From assembly GCF_001194135.2 (NCBI RefSeq), contig NC_068984.1, positions 16,524,317 to 16,588,316 of the forward strand: 64,000 nt of DNA. The letters run 5' to 3'. Below are positions 12,576 to 26,210 of this stretch, piece by piece. The notes under the pieces are model-generated. The model saw nothing but the letters and a program-made list of their open reading frames with translations. It did not search any database and was not told the origin of the DNA. The stretch is from Octopus bimaculoides. Taxonomy: Eukaryota. The translations under genes were made by a program, and so were the position numbers. Position 1 is the stretch's first letter, and each line of letters opens with the position of its first letter.

Positions 12576-13911
12576 TATTATAGATACTTATTTCAAAATT
12601 GTTACTTTGCTCATCACGCATTCACTGATGTAGTTTGAACTATGTAAAACATCAAATACATTTAAAGCAAAATTTTTTCATGGACCCATAAAATACTGTT
12701 GTGGACCCTATTTACTATTTTGCTTTTTTGGACCCCCAAAATCTTATATGGACCCTGGTTGAGAACCACTGACCCACATCATCACTTAATATGTTAGAAA
12801 TAGCAGTCAAATCTCCCTCAAACAACACTCTTTACCATCTTAAAACAGAAAGGACATGTTGGATAATGTAGGCTGGGAAAACACAGGACGATTACGCCTA
12901 TTATACCTTTGACATGAAAAGTCTGTGGCTCAGTGATCAGCATATTCAGCTCACAATTGTAAGGTTGTGAGTTCAATTCACAGTGATGCACTGTCTCTGA
13001 GCCAGACACTTTATTTCACATAGCTCCCATCCATTCAGCTGGCAAAAATGTATTTGTACTTGTAATTCAAAGGGCCCAGCCTTGTCGCATTCTGTGTCAT
13101 GTTGCATCTCCCTGAGAACTACATTAAAAGCATGCATTTCTGTGGAGTGCTCAGTCACTTGCACATTAATTTCATGAGCAAGCTGTTCGGCTGATCAAAT
13201 TAACTGAAATGCTCGTTGTTGTAACCAATGGAGACCCAGGCCACCTTTGACCTAGGCCTAATCTGTCAAGGATCACCTGGGTCCAAACAATATCATCAAG
13301 GATAGACTGGATATTTAATCATAGCCAACATATCTGCTCATTATATCAGATATACATAACCCTTTATTTTTTTTTCTTCGTTTCATTAATAACTAACTCT
13401 TAAAGCTATTAAATTCATTGCATCACAGTTGTCAGTGAGAATATTTTATTATCGTTCCTTTCTTGACCCACTCTACCTTCACAGCACCAGGAACACGAAT
13501 AAATATCAATGAATAAAAACAGGCTTCCATAAAATCATTAGCTTCTTTGTTTATTATTGTTGTTGTTGTTGTTGTTTTAAAATAATTCTCTGAAAATGGG
13601 GAATAAAATTTTCCAAATCATCAGATTTGAATTATATTTTTTTTTAAATTTGCATAATGAACTCAAATTTCAGTATTGGTAAATTGAATGGTAGAATTCT
13701 CTTGAGGCTAATGTTTGAATGTTGTCAAAAAAAAAAAAAAATCTCTTGTTGTATTAAACAAACACTAAAAAGCACAAAAATATGGTAAAATGGAATGATC
13801 AAGAATTATCAAATGCTGCTGATTTATGAAAATAAAAGGAATCAAAGAGAAATTCGCATATTGAAAGATTTGTAAATTATCTGTGAAACTGTTGCAAAAG
13901 TTAGAAATAAA

Positions 13912-14220
13912 AGGTGCAAGTATGGCTGTGTGGTTAAGAAGCTTACTTGACAACCTTGTGGTTTCAGGTTCAGTCCCACCAGTGAGCACTTTGGGCAGAT
14001 GTCTTCTATTATAACCCTGGGTCGACCAATGCTTTGTGAACGAATTTGGTTGATGGAAATTGTGTGGAAGCCCATTGTATTTATATGTGTGTGTATTCTT
14101 GTGTTTGGTTTGTCTCTTAAGCCACTGATTGACAACCAGTGTTGGTTGATTTATGTTATTGTAACTTAACAGTTTGGCAAAAGGGATTGATAGAACAAGT
14201 GCCAGTATTTAAAAAATAGA
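13912..14220 (+). mobile_element. SINE family A
   Basis: Same consensus blocks. Confidence 0.6.
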
Positions 14221-14433
14221 AGGCCAGCAATTTCAGAGGAGGGATTAAAAGGATCACATCAACCCCAGTGTTCAGCTGGTATTTATTTTATCAACTCTGA
14301 AAGGATAAAAGGCAAAGTCAACCTTGGCAGCATTTGAACTTAGACCATAAAGACAGACAAAATGTGACAAAGCTATTTGCCTGGCATGCCAATGGTTCTG
14401 CCAGGTTACTGCCTTAATAATAATATTAATAAC

Positions 14434-14800
14434 AACAAGAGCACTCAAAGAGCGCAAGCCTCTGCCAAGACAATACCAACGTCCTCTCAACAATTAGCCA
14501 GAGATGATTTTTAAAATGAGAATATCTGAAATAAACTTGATTATTCTCATGAACAAGAATAGTAAAAATGAACCCAACTGCTCTCAATAATTAAGTAATA
14601 AAAACGGGAAAATAATCCAGAATTTTTGTCCAATATTGGATCAATCCGAAAATTTAATCAGTTTGTACCAGTCGCATGGCCAAACCTCCCTGAAAGTTTC
14701 ATCCAAATCCAACCAGCAGTTCTTGAGATATCTTGTCTCCAGACAAACAGACAAACATGACCGAAAACAATACCTCTGCCTTTGCTAAGGTGGAGGTAAT
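14434..14800 (+). mobile_element. Helentron/Helitron-like non-autonomous element
   Basis: Starts AACAAGAGCACTC; ends with GAAAACAAT-ACCTCTGCC(tttgctaa)GGTGGAGGT-AAT, a terminal hairpin typical of HINE-type elements. Family call by recall. Confidence 0.45.
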
Positions 14801-14874
14801 AATAATAATAATAATAATGATAATAATCAGCAAAACAACATTTATGCATCTGTCTGTCTATATAGTCATTTATT

Positions 14875-14946
<72 letters not shown>

Positions 14947-15159
14947 TTTTCAAAATAAATCTAATTTGGTTAACAAAATATTAGATTATGATAAATGAAA
15001 GAACAAGATACAAAATTGATGACAGAAAAATGCTGAACTAAAGTTGGCAAATATTTCATTTAATAAAATAGAAGTCAGCTGTTGTTAAAATAAAGATAAT
15101 TCTTCCTGAAATTTAGAATTGCAATTATTTTACTAAATTTCATTAAAATAATTTTACAG

Positions 15160-15605
15160 TTTAAAGTAGGCGATATATATGCCAACAATAACCAGAATTC
15201 TTTGCATAGAAAATTTATTGAAACATGGAAAGTATGAATGTCTGATATGTCTTTAAAGAGGACATTACAATGGTGAGATGAAAATTGGCGGTAGACCTCA
15301 TGGATATCTAAAATTTCATTTTCATAACCATTCCAAGTGGTCTCTCATTTTATGCGGTGTTCCTCCCAGTTGGTTAGAGGCCCTGGCTGTTAACCAGAAG
15401 GCATGGAAGTCTGTGTGCGATGCTGAATCTGAGCCCTTTGAAACTGAATGCAGGGGACTGTGTGAAGAGAGGAGAAGATGCTGTCATCAACACCCAGTGG
15501 CTGTTGTTTGGGTTCACTTTGAGTGTCCTGAGTACCACAGGATCTGTCTATTTCATATCAGTCTTATCAGCTACATCCACTTCCAGTGCTGGATTAACCA
15601 TTAAG
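15160..15605 (+). pseudogene. RTE/BovB-like LINE C-terminal fossil
   Basis: GRPHG..SKWSLILCGVPPSWLEALAVNQKAWKS..EERRR..FECPEYHRICL.HISLIS (decayed zinc-knuckle C-terminus). Confidence 0.55.
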
Positions 15606-17270
15606 CAAAATAAGCACATGCTTAGGGCATGAAGGGAAGGAGAGGGGCACCACAGAAATGGTTTACAGCACAAAAGAAATCACTTTAAACTTGCTAAAAT
15701 AATATTCAGGATGCTTTTATCTCTGCTAAGTATAGATGTGTGCGCGCGCGTGTGCGTGTGTGCGTGTGTNNNNNNNNNNNNNNNNNNNNNNNNNNNNNNN
15801 NNNNNNNNNNNNNNNNNNNNNNNNNNNNNNNNNNNNNNNNNNNNNNNNNNNNNNNNNNNNNNNNNNNNNTGTGTGTGTGTGTGTGTGTGTGCAGGCACGT
15901 GATCTAGCAGTTAAGATGTTGCACTCATCATCAGGAGATCATTGTTTCAATTCCTGGATCAGGTGGTGCATTATGTTCTTGAGCAAAACACTTCATCTCA
16001 CATTACTCTGTGATCACTTCAATACCTGATGTGTGATATACTGTGTACCTGTTCAGGTGACATCAAATTGATGGAAGGAGTGATCTAATGTACAGCACAT
16101 GCATTAGATTGCTATAAACAAATCATTAGTGTAAGTCATTCAGCAAAAACTGAATGCTCATATGCCACCTTTGATAGCAGATTCCATCATATATCATCAT
16201 CATCATCATTTAACGTCCACTTGCCATGCTGGCATGGGTTAGACAGTTTCACTGGAATTGATGAGCCAGAGAGCTGCACCAGGTTCCAGTCTGATCTGGC
16301 AAGGTTTTTACAGCTAGATGCTCTTCCTAACACCAACCACTCCAGGAGTATAATGGGTGCTTTTACGTGCCACTAGCATGAGTGCCATTTACGTGACACC
16401 AGCATTGACCATGACTATGATTCATGGGTGCCATTTGCATGGCACCGGCAGCAACCACAACTACAATTCATGGGTACCATTTACATAGCACTGTCAAGGA
16501 CCACGACTATGATTATGATTCACAGGTACCATTTACAANNNNNNNNNNNNNNNNNNNNNNNNNNNNNNNNNNNNNNNNNNNNNNNNNNNNNNNNNNNNNN
16601 NNNNNNNNNNNNNNNNNNNNNNNNNNNNNNNNNNNNNNNNNNNNNNNNNNNNNNNNNNNNNNNNNNNNGGCCTGATGAGTCTTCTCATGCACAGCATATC
16701 ACCAGAGGTCTATACAGGCACACACACACACACACACACATCATGATCATCATAATCGATTAGCGTCTGCCTTCCATGCTAGTATGGGTTGGACGACTTG
16801 ACTGAGGACTGGTGAAACCAGATGGCTGCACCAGGCCCCAATCTGATGTGGCAGTGTTTCTACAGCTGGATGTCCTTCCTAACGCCAACCACTCCAAGAG
16901 TGTAGTGGGTGCTTTTACATGCCACCGGCACGAAGGCCAGTCAGGCGGTACTGGCAATGCCCACGCTCAAAATGGTGTATTTTACGTGCCACCTGCACAG
17001 GAGCCAGTCCAGCGGCAATGGCAACAACTTCGCTCGATGTTATGTATGCTTATAATATTTTTAGCAATTTAATTTAATTTTATAATTGATTCCATTCAAT
17101 ACACTTGACAAACAACTTTGAATACATTTGCATGTGTATACATTACCATGATAAAACTCCAAGTTTTATTATAACAACCAAATAACTGTCACATATTATA
17201 TTACAGATAAATTCCTCTATTTACATAATATTGAGGTCTCATTCATTCTTTTGTTGTCATACCATTACTA

Positions 17271-17315
<45 letters not shown>

Positions 17316-17629
17316 AAACTTATCCCTCTTGTATAAATGTGTGCATGGGTGGGTGTGTGGGTATATGTGTAGGTGTGTACCTTGTTTTGACATCACATGA
17401 TGATTGTAGAGGAGTGTCATCATTAAACAAAAAGGTCTTTTATTTCCAGTCTTTAATGTAAAACCTGTCTGGCCAAGGAGAAATGTTACCTGGCTAAGAA
17501 ACAGGTAAGGATTAGCCACAAAAAGAACATCCAGCCATAGAAAATCCACCACAACAAATTCTGTCTGACCTATAAAAGCATGGAAAAGTCAATATTAAAA
17601 CGACGATGATGATCAATTTTTTCTACACA

Positions 17630-17893
17630 AGCATTGCTGCGTGGTAAGAAGCTTACATGCTAATCACATGGGTCTGGGTTCAGTCCTACTGTGTGGCACT
17701 ATGGGCAAGTATCTTCTACTGTAACTTTAGGCCAATCAAAGCCTTGTGAGTGGATTTGGTAAATGGAAACTAAAAGAAGCCCATCATGTGTGTGTCTGTG
17801 TTTGTCCCCCACCATTACTTGACAACTGGTGTTGGTGCGTTTTACATCCTTGTAACTTAGGGGTTTGGAAAAAGTGCCTGATAGAAATAATAC
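17630..17893 (+). mobile_element. SINE family A, 3' end abutted by an RTE tail
   Basis: Same blocks; directly followed by a minus-strand RTE 3' UTR at 17895..18195. Confidence 0.55.
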
Positions 17894-19589
17894 CATGGGT
17901 TGGACGATTTGACTGAGGACTGGTGAACCAGATGGCTGCACCAAGCTCCAATCTGATCTAGCAGAGTTTCTACAGCTGGATGCCCTTCCTAATGCCAACC
18001 ATTCCGAGAGTGTAGTGGGTGCTTTTAAGTGCCACCAGCATGAGGGCCAGTCAGGCGGTACTGGCAACAGCCACACTCAAAATGGTGTTTTTTACGTGCC
18101 ACCTCCACAGGAGCCAGTCCAGCGGCACTGGCAATGACCTCGCTTGAATGCTTTTTCACGTGTCACCAGCACAAGTGCCAGTAAGGCGACACTGGTACTC
18201 ACTGACTATTCACCTAAAGTCTTGCTAATGCATAATGCCAATTTGATGGCTACTATGCACTAGATGATGATGCTGATGTTGATGATGATGATGATGACAG
18301 TACTTCCAATATCAACTTAATAACTGAAACATTATTTTACAAAATCTCTCAAAATTTTTGGTTATTTTCAAAATTAATTGATACACAAAGAGACAGTTTT
18401 TCATTATAGAATTATAGTCACAAAATGGTTAATGTGTTAAACAGATTTGTATTATGACTGCTGACATATAATAACAGTATCTTTATATTATATATTTTAT
18501 TGATTCACACTAAAGCCAGTGCTTTGGTTTCATTAAATTCCTTGAACTTAGCTGAAACGTGCTATATTATGAGAAATGTCTCAGTTCTAATGAAATTGTC
18601 ATATAATACCAGACAGAAGGAAAAAAATATTGATCCCATTAAGCATGTAAAAAATTTATTGATTAATATTAAAATTAGAATGATGAGTTTAAGAAATATA
18701 GAGGAATAAAGCTACTTGGTAGCTAAAATATCTGACAAAGCAACAGATGTTTGCCAGATGAAGAGATATTGTAAAGCTTATATTTACAATTGTATTCTCA
18801 ATAATGAATACAGAGAAATTCCAAAAAAAGTAAAGTGATATAAAAGAATGGTCAATTTAAAATTCTTTAATCTTGGACAATAATTTTCTTAGGAATAAAA
18901 GAGAGTGCTTTCCAAAGATATTTCATTATAACCACTTTTAATTATACATATTTTACCATTTACTGGATATGGCATATATATCCACCAACGATTCATTTTA
19001 CCATAAAATAAAGAATTTTAGGTTTGAGTTAATGAAACTTTACAGGTTAGTTGTTATATTTATCAGCAATATTTTACATATATTTGCAATTCAAAATGGT
19101 CACCCTTTGCTTTCATCATAGTCCTTGATCTTTCCTCAACTGTTTTATCACTCCACAATTCTTTTATACCAGCTATTTTCAATGATTGAGAACTTCTGTT
19201 CTACAAAATCTTCCTTAGATTAAATTGCTCTTGATGAATTCAAGTTCTCACCAGTTTCCTTGGATTCCAAACCTTACCATTTTTCTTTATCACTTATGTA
19301 CAGAAAGCAGCAAAAAAAAAAAAATAATAATAATAATAACCGCCTAGATTCACCATTCTTAATAAATGACTCAACAGCTAGCATGTAATGAGCACAAGTT
19401 CAAACCATACTGGTAACTGAAAACATTAGTTACATGAAGACACTGTTACTAGCAGCTCAAGTTCACCAGTGACAGGATGCAGTAGAATAACCTGTGGGAG
19501 GTTTTTCCACCACATCATGGCAGAGATGTTTTTTATGTTCCAGTCATTGAGCTGTTACCATACTGGGGCACTGCTTTGTAGGGTTTAAG

Positions 19590-19733
19590 TCAAGTACATA
19601 CTTTTTAAAGCCAGGTTCTTATTCTATTGATCACTTTTGCCTAACCGCTAATCTACCTGGAGGTAAACAAAGCAACACCAGTTGTCAATTGGTAGTGAAT
19701 GAAACTCAAACACACACACACACATACATTCAC

Positions 19734-19773
<40 letters not shown>

Positions 19774-19930
19774 AGGCTTCCATATAGTTTCCATCTGCCA
19801 ACTTTTCTCACAAAGCATTGGTCTGCCTGGGGCTATAGTAGAAGACATTTGCCTAAAGTACCACACAGTGGAATTGAACCCAAAACACTATATGTTTGCA
19901 AAGTGAGTGCGTTAACCACATAGCCATTCT
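19590..19930 (-). mobile_element. SINE family A just upstream of the GRDP acceptor
   Basis: Reverse complement of the family A blocks. Confidence 0.55.
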
Positions 19931-20037
19931 TGCACTTATGTATGTAACATACAAATATTTTTTTTATTTTCAGATGTTATGATGACAAGTTTCTCTAATA
20001 ACCAATTCTTATTATTCTTTTTTTTTTATTTTACAGA

Positions 20038-21425
20038 ATGTCAAAAGAACATTTTGAGAAGATACACCTGAGTGTGGCTCTTGAAGAAGCAGCTAACCAC
20101 CAAATAAGCTTCTTGAACAATGTTAACCAATATCCTGAACTTTATGAACCTGCTTTTCTAAAACGAACTCTTTACAGATATGAAATACTTTGGTTGCCTC
20201 TAGCTTCCAAACATGATTTCATTCCAGCTCCATTGGATATTGAATGGGTATGGCACTGTCATATGCTGGCACCACTAGCATATGCAGAAGACTGTGACAG
20301 AATAGTTGGTAAATTAGTTAATCATGCTCTCTACTCAGAACAAGTTCGGCAAAACAAACTACAAAAAAGTAGAGAACTGTGGACAAAAGCTTACCCTAAT
20401 GAGCCATTTGATATTCCGCCCAATTCTAATGAGCCATGCCCTGAATATAAATCCCAACTAAGCTATGATATTGTAGCTGCTGCTGCACGTCAGAGAGTTT
20501 TCCTTTACCAAGTTTCTCTACCTCACTATACAGACTACAGGTTCCTCAAACAAGCTATTATACGATACAAAAAATACTTGCATTTGAAACAGAAGAATCC
20601 AGCCACCTTTCTGGTACCATGCTACGATATTGACCTTATTTGGCACAGTCACCAGCTCCACCCAAACAATTATCAAAAAGACACAAAGAAATTATTTAAC
20701 AGGGTCTTCAATCATGATGACACTGTCAATGATCGCAGTCCAAATTCAAAACTAAGCCTCTCAGATATTGAAACTAGAAATCTTTGGATCAAAACCTACA
20801 ATGAAACATTTTCTATGTACGGAGCAATGTATCGTGGGGAACCACCGGAGAGAAAACTTTATAAAATCACTAAGGAAAACCTATTTAGAATAAGTGCAAA
20901 GCATGCAATGTTTGTTGTTGAAAAGGCGTCTATACAGAATATTCCAGAAGAAGTAAGGAAATTTAATTTGGCTTTGAAACTTTACCAGGGTGCAGATCTT
21001 TTATGTACTAAACATCTCAATGGACCTAATACTGAATGGGAAGGAAAAGCCTTAATAAAACATGACATTAGCACCCACAAAAATTCTTATCTAACTATAA
21101 CACTCTACAAAAAAGTTGGTTTGACCTGCTGTGGAAACAACGTTTCTCTTGGTACAACTATGTTTGACTTTTGGAAGACAGTTCATTTTGCCTCTGAAGG
21201 TCAGTCATTTTCAGAAACATTATTACTTGATGAAGCACCACAAATTACTGTTCAAATAAAAGGATACTTTACGAATCCAGTATGTACTGCCTGCAATTTT
21301 ACTGTTGAGGTTAAACCTTACAAAAAGTTTACACTGCCAACGCAGATTGAACAGATGTGGGGACCAGTTCCATTACCTCACTTACCAAATGATGTCCAAA
21401 ATGTGTCTTTTGTTGGTGAACATTT
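20038..21425 (+). CDS. Glycine-rich domain-containing protein (GRDP1/2-like, DUF1399), coding exon 1
   Basis: 463-aa ORF with two DUF1399-type motifs (APLDIEWVWHCHMLAPLAY..DC and LVPCYDIDLIWHSHQLHP..Y..D), followed by HDDTVNDRS..KL and GAMYRGEPP, as in plant GRDP proteins. Polypyrimidine+AG acceptor at 20035-36 just before the ATG; donor tt|GTAAGA at 21426 (phase 2). Confidence 0.9.
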
Positions 21426-21852
21426 GTAAGAATTTTATTTACATTTTTTTGTAATCTAATATCACAGCTCTCATCTAACATCTCCTTTCTGCTTTCAATA
21501 CACCTCTGTGTATAAGACTTCACAACTGCTTAACACTTCACATCTACTTATCATTTCATATCTATGTAATATTACAGCTCTATATAACATTTCACTTCTG
21601 TATCACTTCACAACTCTTTCTATAACACCTTAACCAAGTATAGCATCCTACTTCTGTATAATGTCTTGCCTCTGTACATCTTGTCACTCCTATATAACAT
21701 CTTTCCTCTACATAACACCTCACTTGTATATATTGATATCTTAACTCTGTATATAATATTTCACCTGTATAAACATATATATATGTATATATATATAAAT
21801 GTCATACTTCTATGTGCCATCTCACCTCTCTCTCTCTCTCTCTCTCTCTCTG

Positions 21853-21917
<65 letters not shown>

Positions 21918-22250
21918 GTGTGTGTGTATGTGAGTATATGTGTTAGTTGTCTAAGAGTCTATGCTGTGAAAAAATGTACTCATATATCTGTCAATAGAAT
22001 GGTTGTACTAATCAAAGTGTACAATATTATACGACTATTACAATCAATCTTACCAATTGGTTTTGTGTTAGGGATTCCACAAAGCGTTAGGTAACAGTCG
22101 TGTCTATCCACCTCCAATAGTATAGAGCAGTCACCATATTTCATTCCATAACGGCTACTTTTGATGAGTGCAGGGTTACATAATTGGACCTGAAACTCCG
22201 TTGAATCCCCAGCACAAAACCATTTGGTAAGACTGGCTGTAATGGATATA

Positions 22251-23001
22251 CAGGGTGTCCCAAAAGTCACTGATGGGTTTCAATTTTTAATAACTTCCTT
22301 ATCTTTACAAATAAATGCATGAAATTTTGAGACAATATGAAGGATATAATGGAAATTAATATGCATAAGTCAAAATTTACAACACCACTACATCACATAT
22401 GAAAAATGACACCGTTTAAATGGCAGCCATTTTTGGCTTCACATGCCCGTGCTCTTTCCAAAGCTTGCACCATAATACCCTCAAGAGTTTCAAACCCCAC
22501 TTTTCTGATTTCTGTTTTGATGTTCTCCTTCAGTTGCAGCAGGGTCTCCAGTTTGTTGATGTAAACCCTATCTTTCAGGTATTCCCACAAGAAAAAATGT
22601 CGAGAATAATCTCCCACTATGGCAATGTCAACTGGCCTTCATATTCCCCAGACTTGACTAGCTTTGTGGGGATACCTAAAAGAGAGGATTTATGTCAATA
22701 AACCAGAGACCCTGATGCAACTGAAGGAGAACATCAATAGTGAAATCAGAGAAGTGGGGTCTGAAATTCTAGAGGGTGTTATGGTGCAAGTTTTGAAAAG
22801 AGCATGGGTGTGCAAAGCAGAAAATGGCTGCCATTTAAGCGACATAATTTTTCATGTGATGTAGTGGTGTTGTAAAATTTGACTTATGCATATTAATTTC
22901 CATTATGTCCTTCGTGTTGTATCAAAAATTCATGCATTTATTTATAGAGTTAAGGAAGTTATTAAAAACTGAAACCCATCAGTGACTTTTAGGACATGCT
23001 G
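22251..23001. mobile_element. Tc1/mariner-superfamily fold-back element made of two inverted 3' ends
   Basis: TA-flanked TIRs CAGGGTGTCCCAAAAGTCACT; arms of about 340 bp around a spacer of about 70 bp. Both strands encode the transposase C-terminus (WPSYSPDLT..WGYLKERIYVNKPETL.QLKENI..EI..CKAENGCHLSDIIFH). Confidence 0.8.
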
Positions 23002-24839
23002 TATAATATATATATGTGTGTGTATATATATATGTGTGTATATAGGTGTGTATATATACACACATACACATACACACACACACCATCTCACCTCTATATA
23101 TAACATTTCACATCTATATAACATCCACTTCTACATATAGCATCTCACCTTTATATATTATAACAGTTCACATCTATACAGAACACCTTGTATTGTATGC
23201 TTCTCACTTACTTTTATGTAACATCTTATTCCTACATAATCCCTCACCTCCATAGAACAACTCACCCCTATATAGCATTTGACTTCTATATGTAGCACCT
23301 CTTATACAAGGTTGTCTCTATATCATCACTCAAGCTCTTAATAAAAGCTTTCAAATATTCCTGAAAATGCTCCCTAGTATCTTGAAATAAAAAGGAGATA
23401 ATTTTTATAATAGTCCTGATGTATTGTCTGAAAATAAGATAGAGTGATCAAGTCTTGCTCACAGCTGTTCCCTGGGTTAAACACCAATAATATTCATATC
23501 TCCTTTTATCATTCCTATCTCTTCAACTCTTACTTTATATGCTTCTCTGTTGAATCTACTCAAAATATAATTTGAACTCCACCAATTATTCACATATTAT
23601 CCATCTTTTTATTAAATGTTTTATATATATATATTTCTTTTTTTTTTTCATGCTTGCATGTGTGGGATGAGTTTAGGGAAATGAGTACATTTATTTTTGA
23701 TCAATTCAAATGTTTGGGACATATTTGATCAGTAAAAAGGCCATTCTTATTTCAGTATACCATGGTGAAAATGTTTCACTTTATGTAAAAGGATAAATTT
23801 CAAAGTGGACCCTATGGACTAATATATGTACTTCAAGCTCTTTATGCGCTCATCAGTATTAGATACCAGGCAGGATAACTCCAAAATGACTAGAAATTTT
23901 TGCTTCCTTATAAGAAATAAGTAAAAATTATCTACTGACAACATACTGTGGCAACTGGAACAAAATACTTAGATGGCTCACAAAGCAGTGTGGTGAAATA
24001 AACAAACATTCTATCAGCTCAAATATATTTGGGATATATTTGATCTGTAAAAAGACCATTCTTATTTCACTGCTTTGCATGCAAACCATGTATTTAGTAC
24101 ATTTATGTATTATATTATTTTGTGTCTAAATCAAGTCTTTACATGTTTTTATAGTCTTATGCATCCATTGTGATATTTTGCAAATTATACAAACAGCAAA
24201 GGAGTTCAACATTGGCAAACCAGCAGGTGATTCATGATTTGGACTGTTACACAGTCACAGAAACAGGATTCCACATTATATCTCCCTTTGCCTTTGGTGA
24301 TTTGGTTGGCCCAGATCCAATGGGAGTTGATTAAGACATGTTGATTGCTCCATGTTGACTTCAAGCTGGTTGTCAAATTGTCTGCTGGCTTCATTTTCAT
24401 ATGTCACATAATCTTCACTATTCCTGTAGATGTTCCCAAAGAATCTACCCATGTACAAGTATAGCAGAAAAGACTGGTAAATATTCCAACAATGTATATT
24501 GTTGTATCAAGGATACACAACTAGATGATTTACCTATCAATAATCAATGACTCAATGAACTGAAAAGTAAAAGCAGAATCTTCAATTGACCAGACACCTC
24601 AAGAAAAATGAGCCATATACATTTCATAGATACCTACCCTTATATAATACAGGGTAGTCATATATTTGTTTATGCTTGTCCCTGGCATGAAGCCACCACT
24701 CCTTCTCTCAAATACTTTCCCTACTACTTATACAAAGGGGCTTTTTCCCTCTCCTTGTTCTTTTTCTGTCTTTCTTGTTTTGTTTTTTTTCCTCTTCAGT
24801 AACTAGATCAATATTAGATTGCTCTTGCTCGCGTAACTT

Positions 24840-26210
24840 CTTAACACATCATTGCAGAAAACATACAGACTCGTAGCTTGCTTGAGCAACATACCTCAAC
24901 AAGTGAACGTTTCAGCAGTCACAAATGGAACACTTTTCAGTGAAACCAGAGTTTCATGACTTCCTACTAGCTATATCTTTAGTTGAAACAGTGTCAGATA
25001 AGATCATCTGAGTATCTTATACAAACGTAATAATGAGTGGCATCAGTTTAATATAACCAACTTTTGGCTCCTAGTTATAGTTAGAGTTAAAGCCTGCAAG
25101 CAAAACTAATCCAGATTTAGAACACCATCCAAGTAAAGACTACCACATTGATAAACTATGCTGAAAGTTAAATAGTCTTTTAGCCATAGTACGAAGCACA
25201 AAAGAGCAGGCCTTATCACATAGAGCATTTCCTTTAAAACATCACTTCATCATTTTTCCAGCAGATTTATACAATAAATGGAAAGTGTTGTGGCTAGAGA
25301 GAAAGCCACATGTTTAATTGTAGTCAAGTGTTGTAGTTGTTTAGAATTGCTAGGGATTGAGTAATCTATGAGGGGTTTCTATCTTTTAGGACCGAGTTGA
25401 AAAAAAAATTTCTATTTGGTACCTGTTATGAGAGGATCCTGAACACCCCTACGTGACTGAAGGTGGACTAACAATAGATAAGAACTGAGTGAACTGTCAG
25501 GGAATAGTTGACAGTATTAGTTCGATGTGTGTTGGTTTAACAGTCGGTAGTTGAACAGTGAATACTGAGTATCATACCTACGTTCAAGTAGTACAGGGTG
25601 CGTTCTGTATTTTAACGTATATTTCTGCGATAGGTTATCTTTAGATAATCACATTCAACTATTTATTTGTGTAATATCGTTTTACACCAGATGTGTATAC
25701 CCACGTCATAACAGTATCCATGGTAATAAATGGATGTTTTGGCAGAGAACACATTTATCATTGTTCAAAGTAATGTTGAGTCTCTTAGTAACTGAAATAA
25801 ATTGAGCTAAGTTCCCATCATGCTCTTCAATAGGTTTGTTAACAATAATATCATTGTTGAGATAAACATGAAATCCTTTGATATCATTGTCAATAATTAT
25901 ATCATCCATCAAACTTTGAAAAGCACTTATGGCATTAGTTACACCAAGCAGTAACCTTATAGATTTGATTAAACAGCTTGTCAGCTTGTCAGCTTGAAAT
26001 TTTGTGTATCGCTTATGTTCTTCGTGGAGTTGAATCTGATGGTATACTGTTTTAAAATCTAGTTTGTTGTAGAATTTATTGTAGGAAATAGACAGTATGA
26101 GGTATTCAATATTAGGATGTGGACTGTCATTCAGAGAGCAGTAATGATTTAAAGATTGTGGATATTTCGTAACAAGGGGATAATTGTCACTGCTTCCCAC
26201 TACTACTGCT
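24840..26210 (-). pseudogene. Ty3/Gypsy LTR-retrotransposon pol fossil (RT core 25706..26200)
   Basis: PNIE..L..NKFYNKLDFKTVYHQIQL..LGVTNAISAFQSLMD..VYLNNDIIV..EEHDGNL..LNNDKC are degenerate Gypsy RT motifs. The extension beyond the RT core is approximate. Confidence 0.7.

Larger units (their letters stand above)
12082..12771. mobile_element. hAT-type MITE hosting the hammerhead-SINE fold-back
   Basis: Termini CAGTGGTTCCC / GGTTGAGAACCACTG; imperfect 8-bp TSD atctacat / acccacat. Confidence 0.55.

Noticed and set aside
16670-16700. CCTGATGAGTC after an N gap
   Set aside because: No downstream GAAA, and the upstream context is missing.
21960-22245. Possible extra GRDP exon ending at GGTAAG (about 22226)
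   Set aside because: Stops in all plus frames over most of the region, and the four-exon model is already in frame without it.
24150-24460. Minus-strand ORFs (..KGKGRYNVESCFCDCVTVQIMNHLLVC)
   Set aside because: Resembles a decayed LINE C-terminal zinc knuckle, not a host gene; too short to classify.
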